Under the pieces are notes generated by a model that did no database searches, was not told the DNA's origin, and was given only the letters and a program-made list of their open reading frames with translations. The translations under genes and the position numbers were made by a program. From a virus (Duplodnaviria; Caudoviricetes), in IMG/VR virus record IMGVR_UViG_3300037522_000142, positions 1 to 35,920 of that record: a DNA stretch of 35,920 bases. The stretch is one strand, 5' to 3'. This document shows, piece after piece, positions 1 through 7,319 of this stretch; position 1 is the first letter of the stretch; the number at the start of each line of letters is the position of its first letter.

Positions 1-191
1 GCCGAGCCGACCGCCGAGCCGACCGCCGAGTCGACCGCCGAGCCGACCGCCGAGCCGACCGCCGAGTCGACCGCCGAGCCGACCGCCGAGTCGACCGCCG
101 AGCCGACCGCCGAGCCGACCGCCGAGTCGACCGCCGAGCCGACCGCCGAGTGGACCGCCGAGCCGACCGCCGAGCCGACCGCCGAGTGGAC
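1..191. repeat. 12-bp tandem repeat GCCGAG(CC/TC/TG)GACC, ~16 units
   Basis: Directly visible; encodes SAVG/SAVD/SAVH on the minus strand. Confidence 0.98.
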
Positions 192-437
192 CTCTTGTTT
201 GAGGAGCTCCAGAACAAGCGCGGCCGTGGGTGCCGCCCAGGCCAACACGATTGGAGAATCAACCCACACGACGTTGTCGTGCCAATCCAATCCCGCATAT
301 TCGTAGCAGCGGCGGATACCGTCCTCCACCACCCGGCGGTCCGCGGGTTCAGTGGAGAGACCGAACTCGATCCACATCTGCGCCCATGGCGCCAGTTCGG
401 CTTTCTGGGCGTCGGCGAGACCGGTCAGCTTCTTCAC
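1..437 (-). CDS. DUF6745-like protein, N-terminal part (continues at 35920)
   Basis: Read by eye, not in the ORF track. GTG at 437 overlaps the upstream stop (GTGA). Translation MKKLTGLADAQKAELAPWAQMWIEFGLSTEPADRRVVEDGIRRCYEYAGLDWHDNVVWVDSP... then SAV(G/D/H) repeats running open to position 1. Confidence 0.85.
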   Translation of the reverse strand, partial: MKKLTGLADAQKAELAPWAQMWIEFGLSTEPADRRVVEDGIRRCYEYAGLDWHDNVVWVDSPIVLAWAAPTAALVLELLKQEVHSAVGSAVGSAVHSAVGSAVDSAVGSAVGSAVDSAVGSAVDSAVGSAVGSAVDSAVGSAVGS

Positions 438-1174
438 TTGGCCTCAAGAAGGACAGGTCGTTTGACGGTGAGCCGTTTGAGGCGGCGGGTGACCCGGCGG
501 CTGATCAGCCGGTGACGCCAGTTACCCGGATCCCAGTGGCTCTGGCCGGGGACGTCGACGTGGCCGCCGATCCCGTCGTAGGCCTGCCATTCGGCGCAGG
601 TCATCTGCCACGGGTCGTCGTATCCCCAGGCGGCGGAGCCCTTCCAATCGCGGATCTTCGTCGGGTCGACCGCCGTCGGATTGCCGGTCGCTTCCCGCAA
701 TCCGTGGATCTGGTTGGCGGTCTCGCGGGCGATGATCCGGTACTCCCAGCGGTACAGGTACGCCGGGTCGTTGATCGCCGGCAGAGTGAACTCACATTGG
801 AGGCAATGCCCCGCATGGTTCGTCTCACAGGCGGCCTTCGGCCGGGGACCGGGACCTTCCAAGGCGTACGCCGACTTCAAGACATCGCAGTGCTGGAGGC
901 GGAGCACGTCACCGTCAGCGAGAGTCACGATCGGGTCGCCTTCGATGTCGGTGTACCAGGCCCGCAGATCGAACCGGCCCGGCTTGAGACCATGCCCGCC
1001 AGCCCAGGCGACAGTGAAATGCGGCGGATACGGATAGTCGTAGAGGCGGATCCCGACAGTCACATGCGCGACGTAACGGGCCGGCAGATCCGGGCGGCGG
1101 ATCGTCCCGCCGGTCCGTTGCGTCGTCTTGACCACCGCCCGCCGATACCCCTGAATGCTCTCGAACGAAGTCAT
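434..1174 (-). CDS. N-acetylmuramoyl-L-alanine amidase-like protein (actinophage endolysin catalytic domain)
   Basis: Motifs AHVTVG, PHFTV, QH..V..AYAL, TNHAGHCLQCE and GHVDVPGQSHWDPG match the H..E..H..D Zn-amidase pattern. ATG at 1174 overlaps the WhiB stop (ATGA). Confidence 0.7.
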   Translation of the reverse strand: MTSFESIQGYRRAVVKTTQRTGGTIRRPDLPARYVAHVTVGIRLYDYPYPPHFTVAWAGGHGLKPGRFDLRAWYTDIEGDPIVTLADGDVLRLQHCDVLKSAYALEGPGPRPKAACETNHAGHCLQCEFTLPAINDPAYLYRWEYRIIARETANQIHGLREATGNPTAVDPTKIRDWKGSAAWGYDDPWQMTCAEWQAYDGIGGHVDVPGQSHWDPGNWRHRLISRRVTRRLKRLTVKRPVLLEAK

Positions 1175-1467
1175 GACGCCTCCTCGAAGTCGTGGTCGGA
1201 TTCGGTGAAGACCTGACCGGCCCAGACGCCGTAACGGTCCACCGGACGCATCGCCCCGACCGCGGCGGCGCATTCGGCGAACACCGGACAGATCCCGCAC
1301 ACCTTCAACGCCCGGGCGGTCGCCTGCTCCCGCCGCCGGTGACCCCCCACAAGCCGGGTATGCGCGAAGAAATCAGCGGACGACGCCCAAGCCGGGATCC
1401 GTTCCGGCGCGCAGGCCGCCTCCGCCGTCCAGACACGTTCGCCGACTGCTTCGGTGAGAAGAGTCAT
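1171..1467 (-). CDS. whiB: WhiB family Fe-S transcription regulator
   Basis: W...AAC...C-x2-C-x5-C (CGICPVFAEC) and a GVWAG turn; ATGA overlaps at both ends. Confidence 0.88.
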   Translation of the reverse strand: MTLLTEAVGERVWTAEAACAPERIPAWASSADFFAHTRLVGGHRRREQATARALKVCGICPVFAECAAAVGAMRPVDRYGVWAGQVFTESDHDFEEAS

Positions 1468-1676
1468 ACGGCCACCTCGAGAGCACCGAGAAGCCGCCAC
1501 TCGTACTGCCTCGACTGATGCCGGTGCCGCTGACACAGCCGGCGGTGGATCAGATGCCCCGACGTCTGCAGCTGATGGATCCGCGCCGCGTACCGGGGGA
1601 TGTGCTCATCGAGGAACTCGGTGCCGCACACCCAACCGACACTGACCATCCGCAGAACCTGATCCTGCTGAGTCAC
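1464..1676 (-). CDS. Small winged-HTH-like protein
   Basis: TQQDQVLRM...YAARIHQLQTSGHLI...YEWRL resembles phage wHTH proteins; GTGA overlap with the upstream gene. Confidence 0.6.
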   Translation of the reverse strand: MTQQDQVLRMVSVGWVCGTEFLDEHIPRYAARIHQLQTSGHLIHRRLCQRHRHQSRQYEWRLLGALEVAV

Positions 1677-1804
1677 GCCGCCAGCTCCTCGTCCTCGTCG
1701 TCGAAGCCGCAGAGGAATGGGGGGAGGGCGTCGAGACCCAGAAGCAACGCCAGTAGCACGATCGAAACCACCACACCGACCTGATCCACCGTCGACCAAC
1801 TCAT
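1673..1804 (-). CDS. 43-aa membrane peptide
   Basis: MSWSTVDQVGVVVSIVLLALLLGLDALPPFLCGFDDEDEELAA; coupled by 4-bp overlaps on both sides. Confidence 0.6.
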   Translation of the reverse strand: MSWSTVDQVGVVVSIVLLALLLGLDALPPFLCGFDDEDEELAA

Positions 1805-2079
1805 GAGCCCACCACCCGTAGAACTGGTGACGGTGCCCCGGGTATGGCTTCCCCTACACCCGGGGCACCGTCACTCAGACCACACGACCCTGTCTCACAG
1901 TCCGGGCAAGCCGGCGACGCACCGAACCTGATCCCGTGATGCAACAGGTGCCGCAACATGGCCGGCACATCCGAGAAGACACCGGCGAACAACATCAGAT
2001 GGGTGTCCCCGACGGCGACCTTGAATCCGTTGAGCTCCAACTCGCGGATCGCCTGACGGTCCGTCTCAGAGAGAATCAT
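1801..2079 (-). CDS. Hypothetical protein with a CPDC..C motif
   Basis: ORF with ATGA overlaps. Confidence 0.6.
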   Translation of the reverse strand: MILSETDRQAIRELELNGFKVAVGDTHLMLFAGVFSDVPAMLRHLLHHGIRFGASPACPDCETGSCGLSDGAPGVGEAIPGAPSPVLRVVGS

Positions 2080-2450
2080 CGGCGGGTCGCTTCGTCGATG
2101 GCGTCCCCGATCCGGGGGGGCCATGTTTCGAAAAGGGGCCCGGCAGCACCGCCGCCGTGGGGGAGCGGCTTGGGCGTCCGGCGACGAGGAGCCGGAAGGG
2201 TGCTGCCGGGCGGCCCGCCCTCTGGGTGGCGGGAGAACCCGGAACCGGCTGCGCTAACGCCACGAGGATGGGGCACCCGTGACAGCCGGTTCCGAGACCA
2301 AACCAAGTCGACCATCAACGCCGCCCAGCCGAGGACCATGAACGCCACCGAAGCGACCCCCAACCGGTAATACGCCTCCAAGTCATCCACCGCGTACACG
2401 GCCAGGTAGGCGCAGACCCAGGAAGCGACGAAGAACGGGATGGCGATCAT
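2076..2450 (-). CDS. Two-TM membrane protein
   Basis: Two hydrophobic segments followed by a Pro/Gly-rich tail; ATGA overlaps. Confidence 0.6.
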   Translation of the reverse strand: MIAIPFFVASWVCAYLAVYAVDDLEAYYRLGVASVAFMVLGWAALMVDLVWSRNRLSRVPHPRGVSAAGSGFSRHPEGGPPGSTLPAPRRRTPKPLPHGGGAAGPLFETWPPRIGDAIDEATRR

Positions 2451-2593
2451 GTGGGCACCCCCAGGCGTGTCAGACGGACGATTCCCCACTGGATCTGCGG
2501 CCGCGACCACGACTCGACGGGGGTGTGCACGTCACCCAACCAACGGACCGGCGAACCACACACCAGGCAACACACCGGGGGGCGGGCCGTCAT
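2447..2593 (-). CDS. Small hypothetical protein (CCLVC)
   Basis: MTARPPVCCLVCGSP...; ATGA overlaps on both sides. Confidence 0.5.
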   Translation of the reverse strand: MTARPPVCCLVCGSPVRWLGDVHTPVESWSRPQIQWGIVRLTRLGVPT

Positions 2594-3153
2594 GCTGCGT
2601 CCCGTTCCCCGACGAGGTCGGCGGCGGCGAGCAGAACCTCGAACGCCAGGTACATCTCCTGGGCGTTCAACCCGACCCGCACGATCTCCCACTCAGCCTC
2701 CGGACGGCCGGTCCGAAGCCTCGAATCCTCCACCCCCACCACCCAGGCAACCGCATCGGCGAACTGCTCGGCACCCCGCGCGCTCCAAGTCACCTCACGG
2801 GAATCCCAAGTCGACGTCCCCCACGCCTCCATCAACGCCGCTCGATCAGCGTCCGTGAGGTACGCGTGATCCAACAGATGCCCGATCTCGTGGAGCAACA
2901 CCGTCGGCAACCGAGGACTCCCCGGCTGGCACACGACGATCCCGCCGTCCGTGACATACGCGGAGACGATCCCCGCACACCAGTCACCACCGACCACCAA
3001 CTCGACCGGAGGGACCTCGACACCGGCCAACTCGTATCGGGACACCGCCCAATCGAGCAGAGACGGATCATCCACGGCGCTCGGCCAGGCGACCACCAGG
3101 CTGGCCGTCGCGCCAGCGACAAGCCGTCTGATCACGGTGCGAACAGCCGTCAT
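2590..3153 (-). CDS. Zincin-type metalloprotease with a signal-like N-terminus
   Basis: LLHEIGHLLD (HExxH) plus a downstream AEQFADA glutamate; basic then hydrophobic N-terminus. Confidence 0.75.
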   Translation of the reverse strand: MTAVRTVIRRLVAGATASLVVAWPSAVDDPSLLDWAVSRYELAGVEVPPVELVVGGDWCAGIVSAYVTDGGIVVCQPGSPRLPTVLLHEIGHLLDHAYLTDADRAALMEAWGTSTWDSREVTWSARGAEQFADAVAWVVGVEDSRLRTGRPEAEWEIVRVGLNAQEMYLAFEVLLAAADLVGERDAA

Positions 3154-3350
3154 GCCGCGCCCCGATCCACGGTGATCCCGAACTTGGCTTCGAACTCGGA
3201 CCGCGGGATGCGGTGTGATTTGCCGACGCGGATGCTGGGGATGTCGCCGGCGTTGATGAGCGTGTAGATGGTGTTGAGGTGGACACGGAGGATGGCGGCG
3301 GCTTCGGGAGGGGTGAGGAAGGCCGCTCTGTCGTCGGTGGACTGTGTCAT
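3150..3350 (-). CDS. Excisionase-type HTH_17 / Cro-like regulator
   Basis: FLTPPEAAAILRVHLNTIYTLINAGDIPSIRVGKSHRIP is a typical excisionase-type HTH; divergent from the repressor. Confidence 0.9.
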   Translation of the reverse strand: MTQSTDDRAAFLTPPEAAAILRVHLNTIYTLINAGDIPSIRVGKSHRIPRSEFEAKFGITVDRGAA

Positions 3351-3387
3351 GTAGTGGTTTATATCACCTACCGGGGGGTGATGTCAA
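3351..3387 (-). promoter_or_regulatory. Early lytic promoter (leaderless) with a palindromic operator
   Basis: Minus strand TTGACA-18-TATAAA (extended TGn), 7 nt before the ATG; ATCACC-N8-GGTGAT at 3363-3382 covers the spacer. Confidence 0.75.
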
Positions 3388-3413
3388 AGTCGCAGTGGAT
3401 TCGGGGTGGGCTG

Positions 3414-3449
3414 TGGACAAAGGCCCATGGGGGGTGTACGTTGCTCGGT
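3414..3449 (+). promoter_or_regulatory. Repressor promoter (leaderless)
   Basis: TGGACA-17-TACGTT then 7 nt to ATG 3450; shares GGGGGGTG with the cro-promoter operator. Confidence 0.7.
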
Positions 3450-3797
3450 ATGGAGAACAGGTTCATGCACGAAGGGGCGGTGCTGATTCGGACCGCGTCG
3501 GCGCGGCTCGGGTTCAGCCAGCGGGAGATCGCTCAGTCGATCGGGGTGAGCGCCCAGGCGGTGAACAAGTGGTGGCACGGGGAGTCGGAGCCGTCACGGG
3601 AGCATTTCGCTCCGCTTGAGCGGCTGCTCGAGCTGCAACGCGGGGATCTCAGTCTCTTGTACGGGTTGGTGCCCGCCGGGCGGATCGAGGTTGAGCGGGA
3701 CGGCAACGGCGATCTGCTGGTTAGAGTTTCCGGTTCATCTGATCCGGGGTGGCTCAAAGGGATGGAACCCCTGTTCGATAACCTGGTCGCCGCCTGA
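3450..3797 (+). CDS. XRE-family phage repressor with an ssrA-like C-terminus
   Basis: HTH SQREIAQSIGVSAQAVNKWWHGESEP; the protein ends in ...DNLVAA. Confidence 0.88.
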   Translation: MENRFMHEGAVLIRTASARLGFSQREIAQSIGVSAQAVNKWWHGESEPSREHFAPLERLLELQRGDLSLLYGLVPAGRIEVERDGNGDLLVRVSGSSDPGWLKGMEPLFDNLVAA

Positions 3798-3810
3798 CCT
3801 GATCCCCGTT

Positions 3811-3825
3811 TGCTAGCTTCCAACG
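3811..3825 (+). promoter_or_regulatory. Extended -10 promoter for a leaderless integrase mRNA
   Basis: TG-C-TAGCTT, 6 nt before GTG 3826; no Shine-Dalgarno. Confidence 0.5.
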
Positions 3826-4620
3826 GTGGACCGCTCAGCGTTCGTTGAGTATCTGACGGCCCGGGGACTGGCCGGGAAGAGCGTCCGGTTGTACGTCCGG
3901 GCCGTCGAACTGGCCGACCTGGCGGTCGGGCCACTCGAGACCGTGTCCGCGGTGGGGCTCGCCGACTATGCGGATACTCTCGCCGCCGGGTACTCGACGC
4001 GGCGGCATCTCAAGACGGCGCTCACCGCGTACTGGCAGATGCTCGACGTCGACGGGCCGATCCTGGCGGTGCGGGTCCCGCAGAAGCCACGGGGACGGTG
4101 CCGGGCCCTCGACGAAGACGACGCCCGGGCCATGGTCAAAGCGGCGGTCGGGTGGTACCCGCAGGGACTCGCCGCGCTCTTCGGGTTCTACCTGGCGCTC
4201 CGATCCGCCGAGATCGCCTGCGTGCAGCTCTCCCGCTTCGACGCCGAATTCGCCTGGTACACCGTGACGGGCAAAGGCGACGTCACCGCCACCCTCCCCG
4301 TCCATCCGACCCTCGCCGCCGAGATGCGTAACACGGATGTCACGGATTGGGTGTTCCCCGGCTCCCAGGGCCGCAGTCATGTCACCGCGGCCACGATCTG
4401 GAACTGGGTCCGGGAAGTCGCCAGTCAAGCCGGAGTCGACGAGGCAGTGTGGCCGCATCGGCTCCGCCACACCGCGCTCGCCACCGCCAACGACCGGACC
4501 GGCGACCTCCGCTCCGTCGCCGACTTCGCCCGCCACCGCGACGTCGCCGTCACCATGATCTACACCCGGACCACCGAAACCAACCTGAGGAAAGTCGCTG
4601 ACAGCCTCGAGTACCTCTGA
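3826..4620 (+). CDS. int: Tyrosine integrase lacking an arm-binding domain
   Basis: Catalytic residues R (LRSAE), K (GKG), HxxR (HRLRH), H (ARH) and Y (TMIY); only 264 aa. Confidence 0.93.
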   Translation: MDRSAFVEYLTARGLAGKSVRLYVRAVELADLAVGPLETVSAVGLADYADTLAAGYSTRRHLKTALTAYWQMLDVDGPILAVRVPQKPRGRCRALDEDDARAMVKAAVGWYPQGLAALFGFYLALRSAEIACVQLSRFDAEFAWYTVTGKGDVTATLPVHPTLAAEMRNTDVTDWVFPGSQGRSHVTAATIWNWVREVASQAGVDEAVWPHRLRHTALATANDRTGDLRSVADFARHRDVAVTMIYTRTTETNLRKVADSLEYL

Positions 4621-4627
4621 AACGCAA

Positions 4628-4651
4628 AGCCCCCCACCGAAGTGGGGGGCT
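4628..4651 (+). terminator. Hairpin after the integrase
   Basis: AGCCCCCCAC-CGAA-GTGGGGGGCT, a perfect 10-bp stem; a short T run follows only on the minus strand. Confidence 0.7.
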
Positions 4652-4695
4652 CGCCTTCCCGGCCCTCGAAGAAGCCGGGCGGGTAGTGTGATGTC

Positions 4696-4914
4696 ATGGC
4701 GATGATCCAATGCCCCGAGTGCGGCAATCAGGTTTCCAGCGCCGCGACCGCCTGCCCGAACTGCGGGCACCCCATTCAGGGACCGCAGCAGCAGAGGGTT
4801 CCTTCGGCGGTGGGGACAGGTGTCGGCAGGGGGTTCGGTGGCTGTGCCGGGATGCTGCTATTCCTGATCGCCCTGATGGTCCTGGGCGCGGTGCTCAGGG
4901 AGTGTCAGGGATAG
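4696..4914 (+). CDS. Zinc-ribbon membrane protein
   Basis: CPEC-x10-CPNC plus a C-terminal TM helix; TAGTGT -10 lies 6 nt upstream (leaderless). Confidence 0.8.
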   Translation: MAMIQCPECGNQVSSAATACPNCGHPIQGPQQQRVPSAVGTGVGRGFGGCAGMLLFLIALMVLGAVLRECQG

Positions 4915-5030
4915 GATCTCACTGATCAGGGCTCCGGGTGAGAGCCGATGCCCGCAGCCGTCCTCACTGCAGGAGGTCGGTGAAGGCGACGTCGGGACGG
5001 TCAGGTTGATCGCAGCGTCGAGGTCCTGTG

Positions 5031-5333
5031 TCACCCGTCCCGGACCGCCTCGATCGCTTCTTTCCCGGCGTCATACGCCGCGCCTGCGCTGACGCCGGCT
5101 TGGGCACCGACGACGAGCGCCAGGACGAAGGGGACCACCTCGAAGCCGTACTGGACGGTGGTGTAGAGGGGGAGAAGGATCAGGCCGTAGGCGGCGGCGA
5201 GCGCCTGACCGGCTTCCGGCTTCCACTTCCCGAGGGCGTCGAGTATCCGTTTAGTGACTTCGACGAGCGCGGAGATTGCGATGGCGGCTCCGGCGACGGT
5301 CGCCAGACCTTCCGCTGGGCTGATCTGTTCCAT
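5031..5333 (-). CDS. Holin-like membrane protein
   Basis: 100 aa with 3 hydrophobic segments and a G.SAGAAYD motif; at the end of the late operon; GGAAAGG RBS. Confidence 0.7.
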   Translation of the reverse strand: MEQISPAEGLATVAGAAIAISALVEVTKRILDALGKWKPEAGQALAAAYGLILLPLYTTVQYGFEVVPFVLALVVGAQAGVSAGAAYDAGKEAIEAVRDG

Positions 5334-5394
5334 GATGGCCTTTCCTGGTTGATGGGTGAGGCGGATGAGCTGCTTCGTATGACCAGGTCCGTTG

Positions 5395-6624
5395 TCAGGC
5401 GGAGACGCGTACACCGCGGGCAGTGAGCTGCCACTGGCGGTCTCTCCAACGGAGCGTCCGGTCCCGGTAGACGGCGAGATCAACGTGATGGGAGCCGTCC
5501 CGGCGGGTCACGACGTAACGGGCGTAGCCGAGACCCTGCGGATCAGCCAAGGTCCCTGATTCGGCCGTCGTGTATACCTGCGGTTCGCCTTGGGGTGACC
5601 ATCGGGTCTCATGCGACTGCGCCAACCGATGTGAATGACCGACAACGATCCCCGAGTTGAGCTGCTCGATCGACGCCCGGGCCGAGTTGCCCGCACCCCG
5701 CGCCGCTTTCCAGCCGTGGGTGGCGAGCAGCTCGTCGGCGAGTTGGACTGTCCCATGCGGGTAGGAACCTCGCGAGTCGGTGACCGTTTCGAATCCGAGT
5801 TCCCCGAGCCGGGCCAGGTGATGGACGGTGAGGAGCTGCTCGGGTGCCGGGTCGTCATCGGTGGCTGCCCGTCTGAGACCGAACAGTTGAGGGAGCTTCT
5901 CGAGGAGCGCCTTGTCGAACCGTTCGTCATGGTTGCCCATCAGAATCTTGCGGCGGCCCGCCGAGTTGCCGCCGGCGGCTTCGACCCGTTCGGCGTGGAC
6001 CCGGTGAGCGGTGTCGACGCAAGCGACGACCGAAGCGGCGTAATCGGTTCCGTCTTTCGAGCGATGTCGGCTGATATCCGGCAGGTCGGCGACGTCGCCC
6101 ATGTTGAGAAGCCCGTCGGGTTGAAGGTCACGGAGCAACTCGCAGAGGAGCTCTTGGAGCGGCCAGTTGATGAACGGCGCCTGATCGTCACCGAAGAGGA
6201 CCCACAGCAGCGGTTTCGTGTCAGACGGTAGAAGACGGCTCCGAGCCGGGTTGCCGGGGGTGAGATGTTGGAGTCCGCTGAGGAACCGTCCCCACGCGGT
6301 TTCTTCGAGAGGCGGGATGTAGGAGAGGTAGGCTTTCGTCTGGTGGAGGGGAACGACCACCGTGTCACCGTCCGCGCCGACATGGAAGCCTTCCCATTCG
6401 TTGACGGTGACCTTCTCGAGCTGCCAGTCGGCGGAGTCGAGGCCCCGGGCTTCGAGCATCGCCTGGACCCGGTCCCGGTCGGCGCCGACAGGGAGGGTGA
6501 CTTCGGTGATATTGCCACGGCGGGTCACCCCGGGCCGTTCCGCGGCTTTCGAACACGGTTTGCAGGGAGTCGGGCCACCGCAGTGTTGGCACGCCTGGGC
6601 AGCTTCCACCTCACCGGTGATCAC
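5395..6624 (-). CDS. Calcineurin-like metallophosphoesterase
   Basis: GDDQ, GDVAD, GNHD, THG and GHSHR motifs. Confidence 0.85.
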   Translation of the reverse strand: MITGEVEAAQACQHCGGPTPCKPCSKAAERPGVTRRGNITEVTLPVGADRDRVQAMLEARGLDSADWQLEKVTVNEWEGFHVGADGDTVVVPLHQTKAYLSYIPPLEETAWGRFLSGLQHLTPGNPARSRLLPSDTKPLLWVLFGDDQAPFINWPLQELLCELLRDLQPDGLLNMGDVADLPDISRHRSKDGTDYAASVVACVDTAHRVHAERVEAAGGNSAGRRKILMGNHDERFDKALLEKLPQLFGLRRAATDDDPAPEQLLTVHHLARLGELGFETVTDSRGSYPHGTVQLADELLATHGWKAARGAGNSARASIEQLNSGIVVGHSHRLAQSHETRWSPQGEPQVYTTAESGTLADPQGLGYARYVVTRRDGSHHVDLAVYRDRTLRWRDRQWQLTARGVRVSA

Positions 6625-6893
6625 TTGGCCGCCTGGTAGGCGGCGGCGTCAGGGAGACAGTGGACACACTCCAGGTTCCGGTGCCGGCCGATCTGCCCGT
6701 CGCTGATCTGCTGGCCCCGGGCGCGGAGATGCCGGGCGATCGTCACCTGACGGATATGCGCGTAGTCGGGGTCCCACAGCAGCCGCCGATACTCGTCCGC
6801 CTCGTCGGGAGGGAGGCTGTTCAGGTAGTGGCGGAGCCGGCACGGCGGACCCGTGATCCGCTCCGCGGCCTGTACGTCGCTGATCACACCCAT
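6621..6893 (-). CDS. Small HTH/Cys-containing protein
   Basis: PPCRL...IARHLRARGQQISDGQIGRHRNLECVHC; ATGA-coupled to the phosphoesterase. Confidence 0.65.
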   Translation of the reverse strand: MGVISDVQAAERITGPPCRLRHYLNSLPPDEADEYRRLLWDPDYAHIRQVTIARHLRARGQQISDGQIGRHRNLECVHCLPDAAAYQAAK

Positions 6894-6937
6894 CGGGTGC
6901 TCCTTCCCGTCTTCGGCCGGATCGGATTGAGATGTGT

Positions 6938-7261
6938 TCAGAGGGCGGCGGTTCGGGCAACGAGCCACACCCAGGCGACCAGGTTCCCGATGCCGATGGC
7001 GCCGACGAGCCACCGGATCGCCCGGGTGCCCGACCGCAGGTTGGCGATGAAGGTCTGGTTGTCGATGACGATCTTCTTGTATCCGCCGTCACCGACCGCC
7101 GGGTCGCCGTACCAGTCGGTGTGCAGTTTCTCGACCCGGCCGTTGATTTTCCGGACCTCCGCGTAGATCATCATGTCCCGTTGCGCTGAGGTGAGGGACC
7201 GCATGCCTTCTTCGGCGGCCCAGTTGTCGAGACCGTCGGGGAGGGGGGGTGTGGTAGTCAT
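6938..7261 (-). CDS. Membrane protein with a C-terminal TM helix (lysis region)
   Basis: Coiled region plus the hydrophobic C-terminus WLVGAIGIGNLVAWVWLV; GGAGG RBS. Confidence 0.7.
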   Translation of the reverse strand: MTTTPPLPDGLDNWAAEEGMRSLTSAQRDMMIYAEVRKINGRVEKLHTDWYGDPAVGDGGYKKIVIDNQTFIANLRSGTRAIRWLVGAIGIGNLVAWVWLVARTAAL

Positions 7262-7319
7262 CGGAGCCTCCGGGGTCGATGTAGCAAGCTGATCCGTCTT
7301 CGGCCGGGACAGGAGTTAC

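Noticed and set aside
1-191. Terminal repeats as a CRISPR array, telomere or terminal direct repeat
   Set aside because: There are no unique spacers; it is an in-frame coding tandem repeat, and only 24 nt match exactly between the two ends.
150-1216. Plus-strand ORFs 150-515 and 230-1216
   Set aside because: Antisense shadows of coupled minus-strand genes; no motifs.
1673-3350. Several early proteins ending in -AA as degradation tags
   Set aside because: These ends overlap the next gene's RBS/ATGA, which can produce such residues; only the repressor's tag is free of that constraint.
3365-3390. dif-like XerD arm (TGATGTCAAAG)
   Set aside because: Better explained as the -35 TTGACA on the other strand; no matching XerC arm.
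4915-5030. Possible ribozyme or small ORF after the holin
   Set aside because: CTGATCAG is not a hammerhead core; a GTGA-coupled ~58-codon minus-strand ORF overlaps the zinc-ribbon gene and has no supporting motif.
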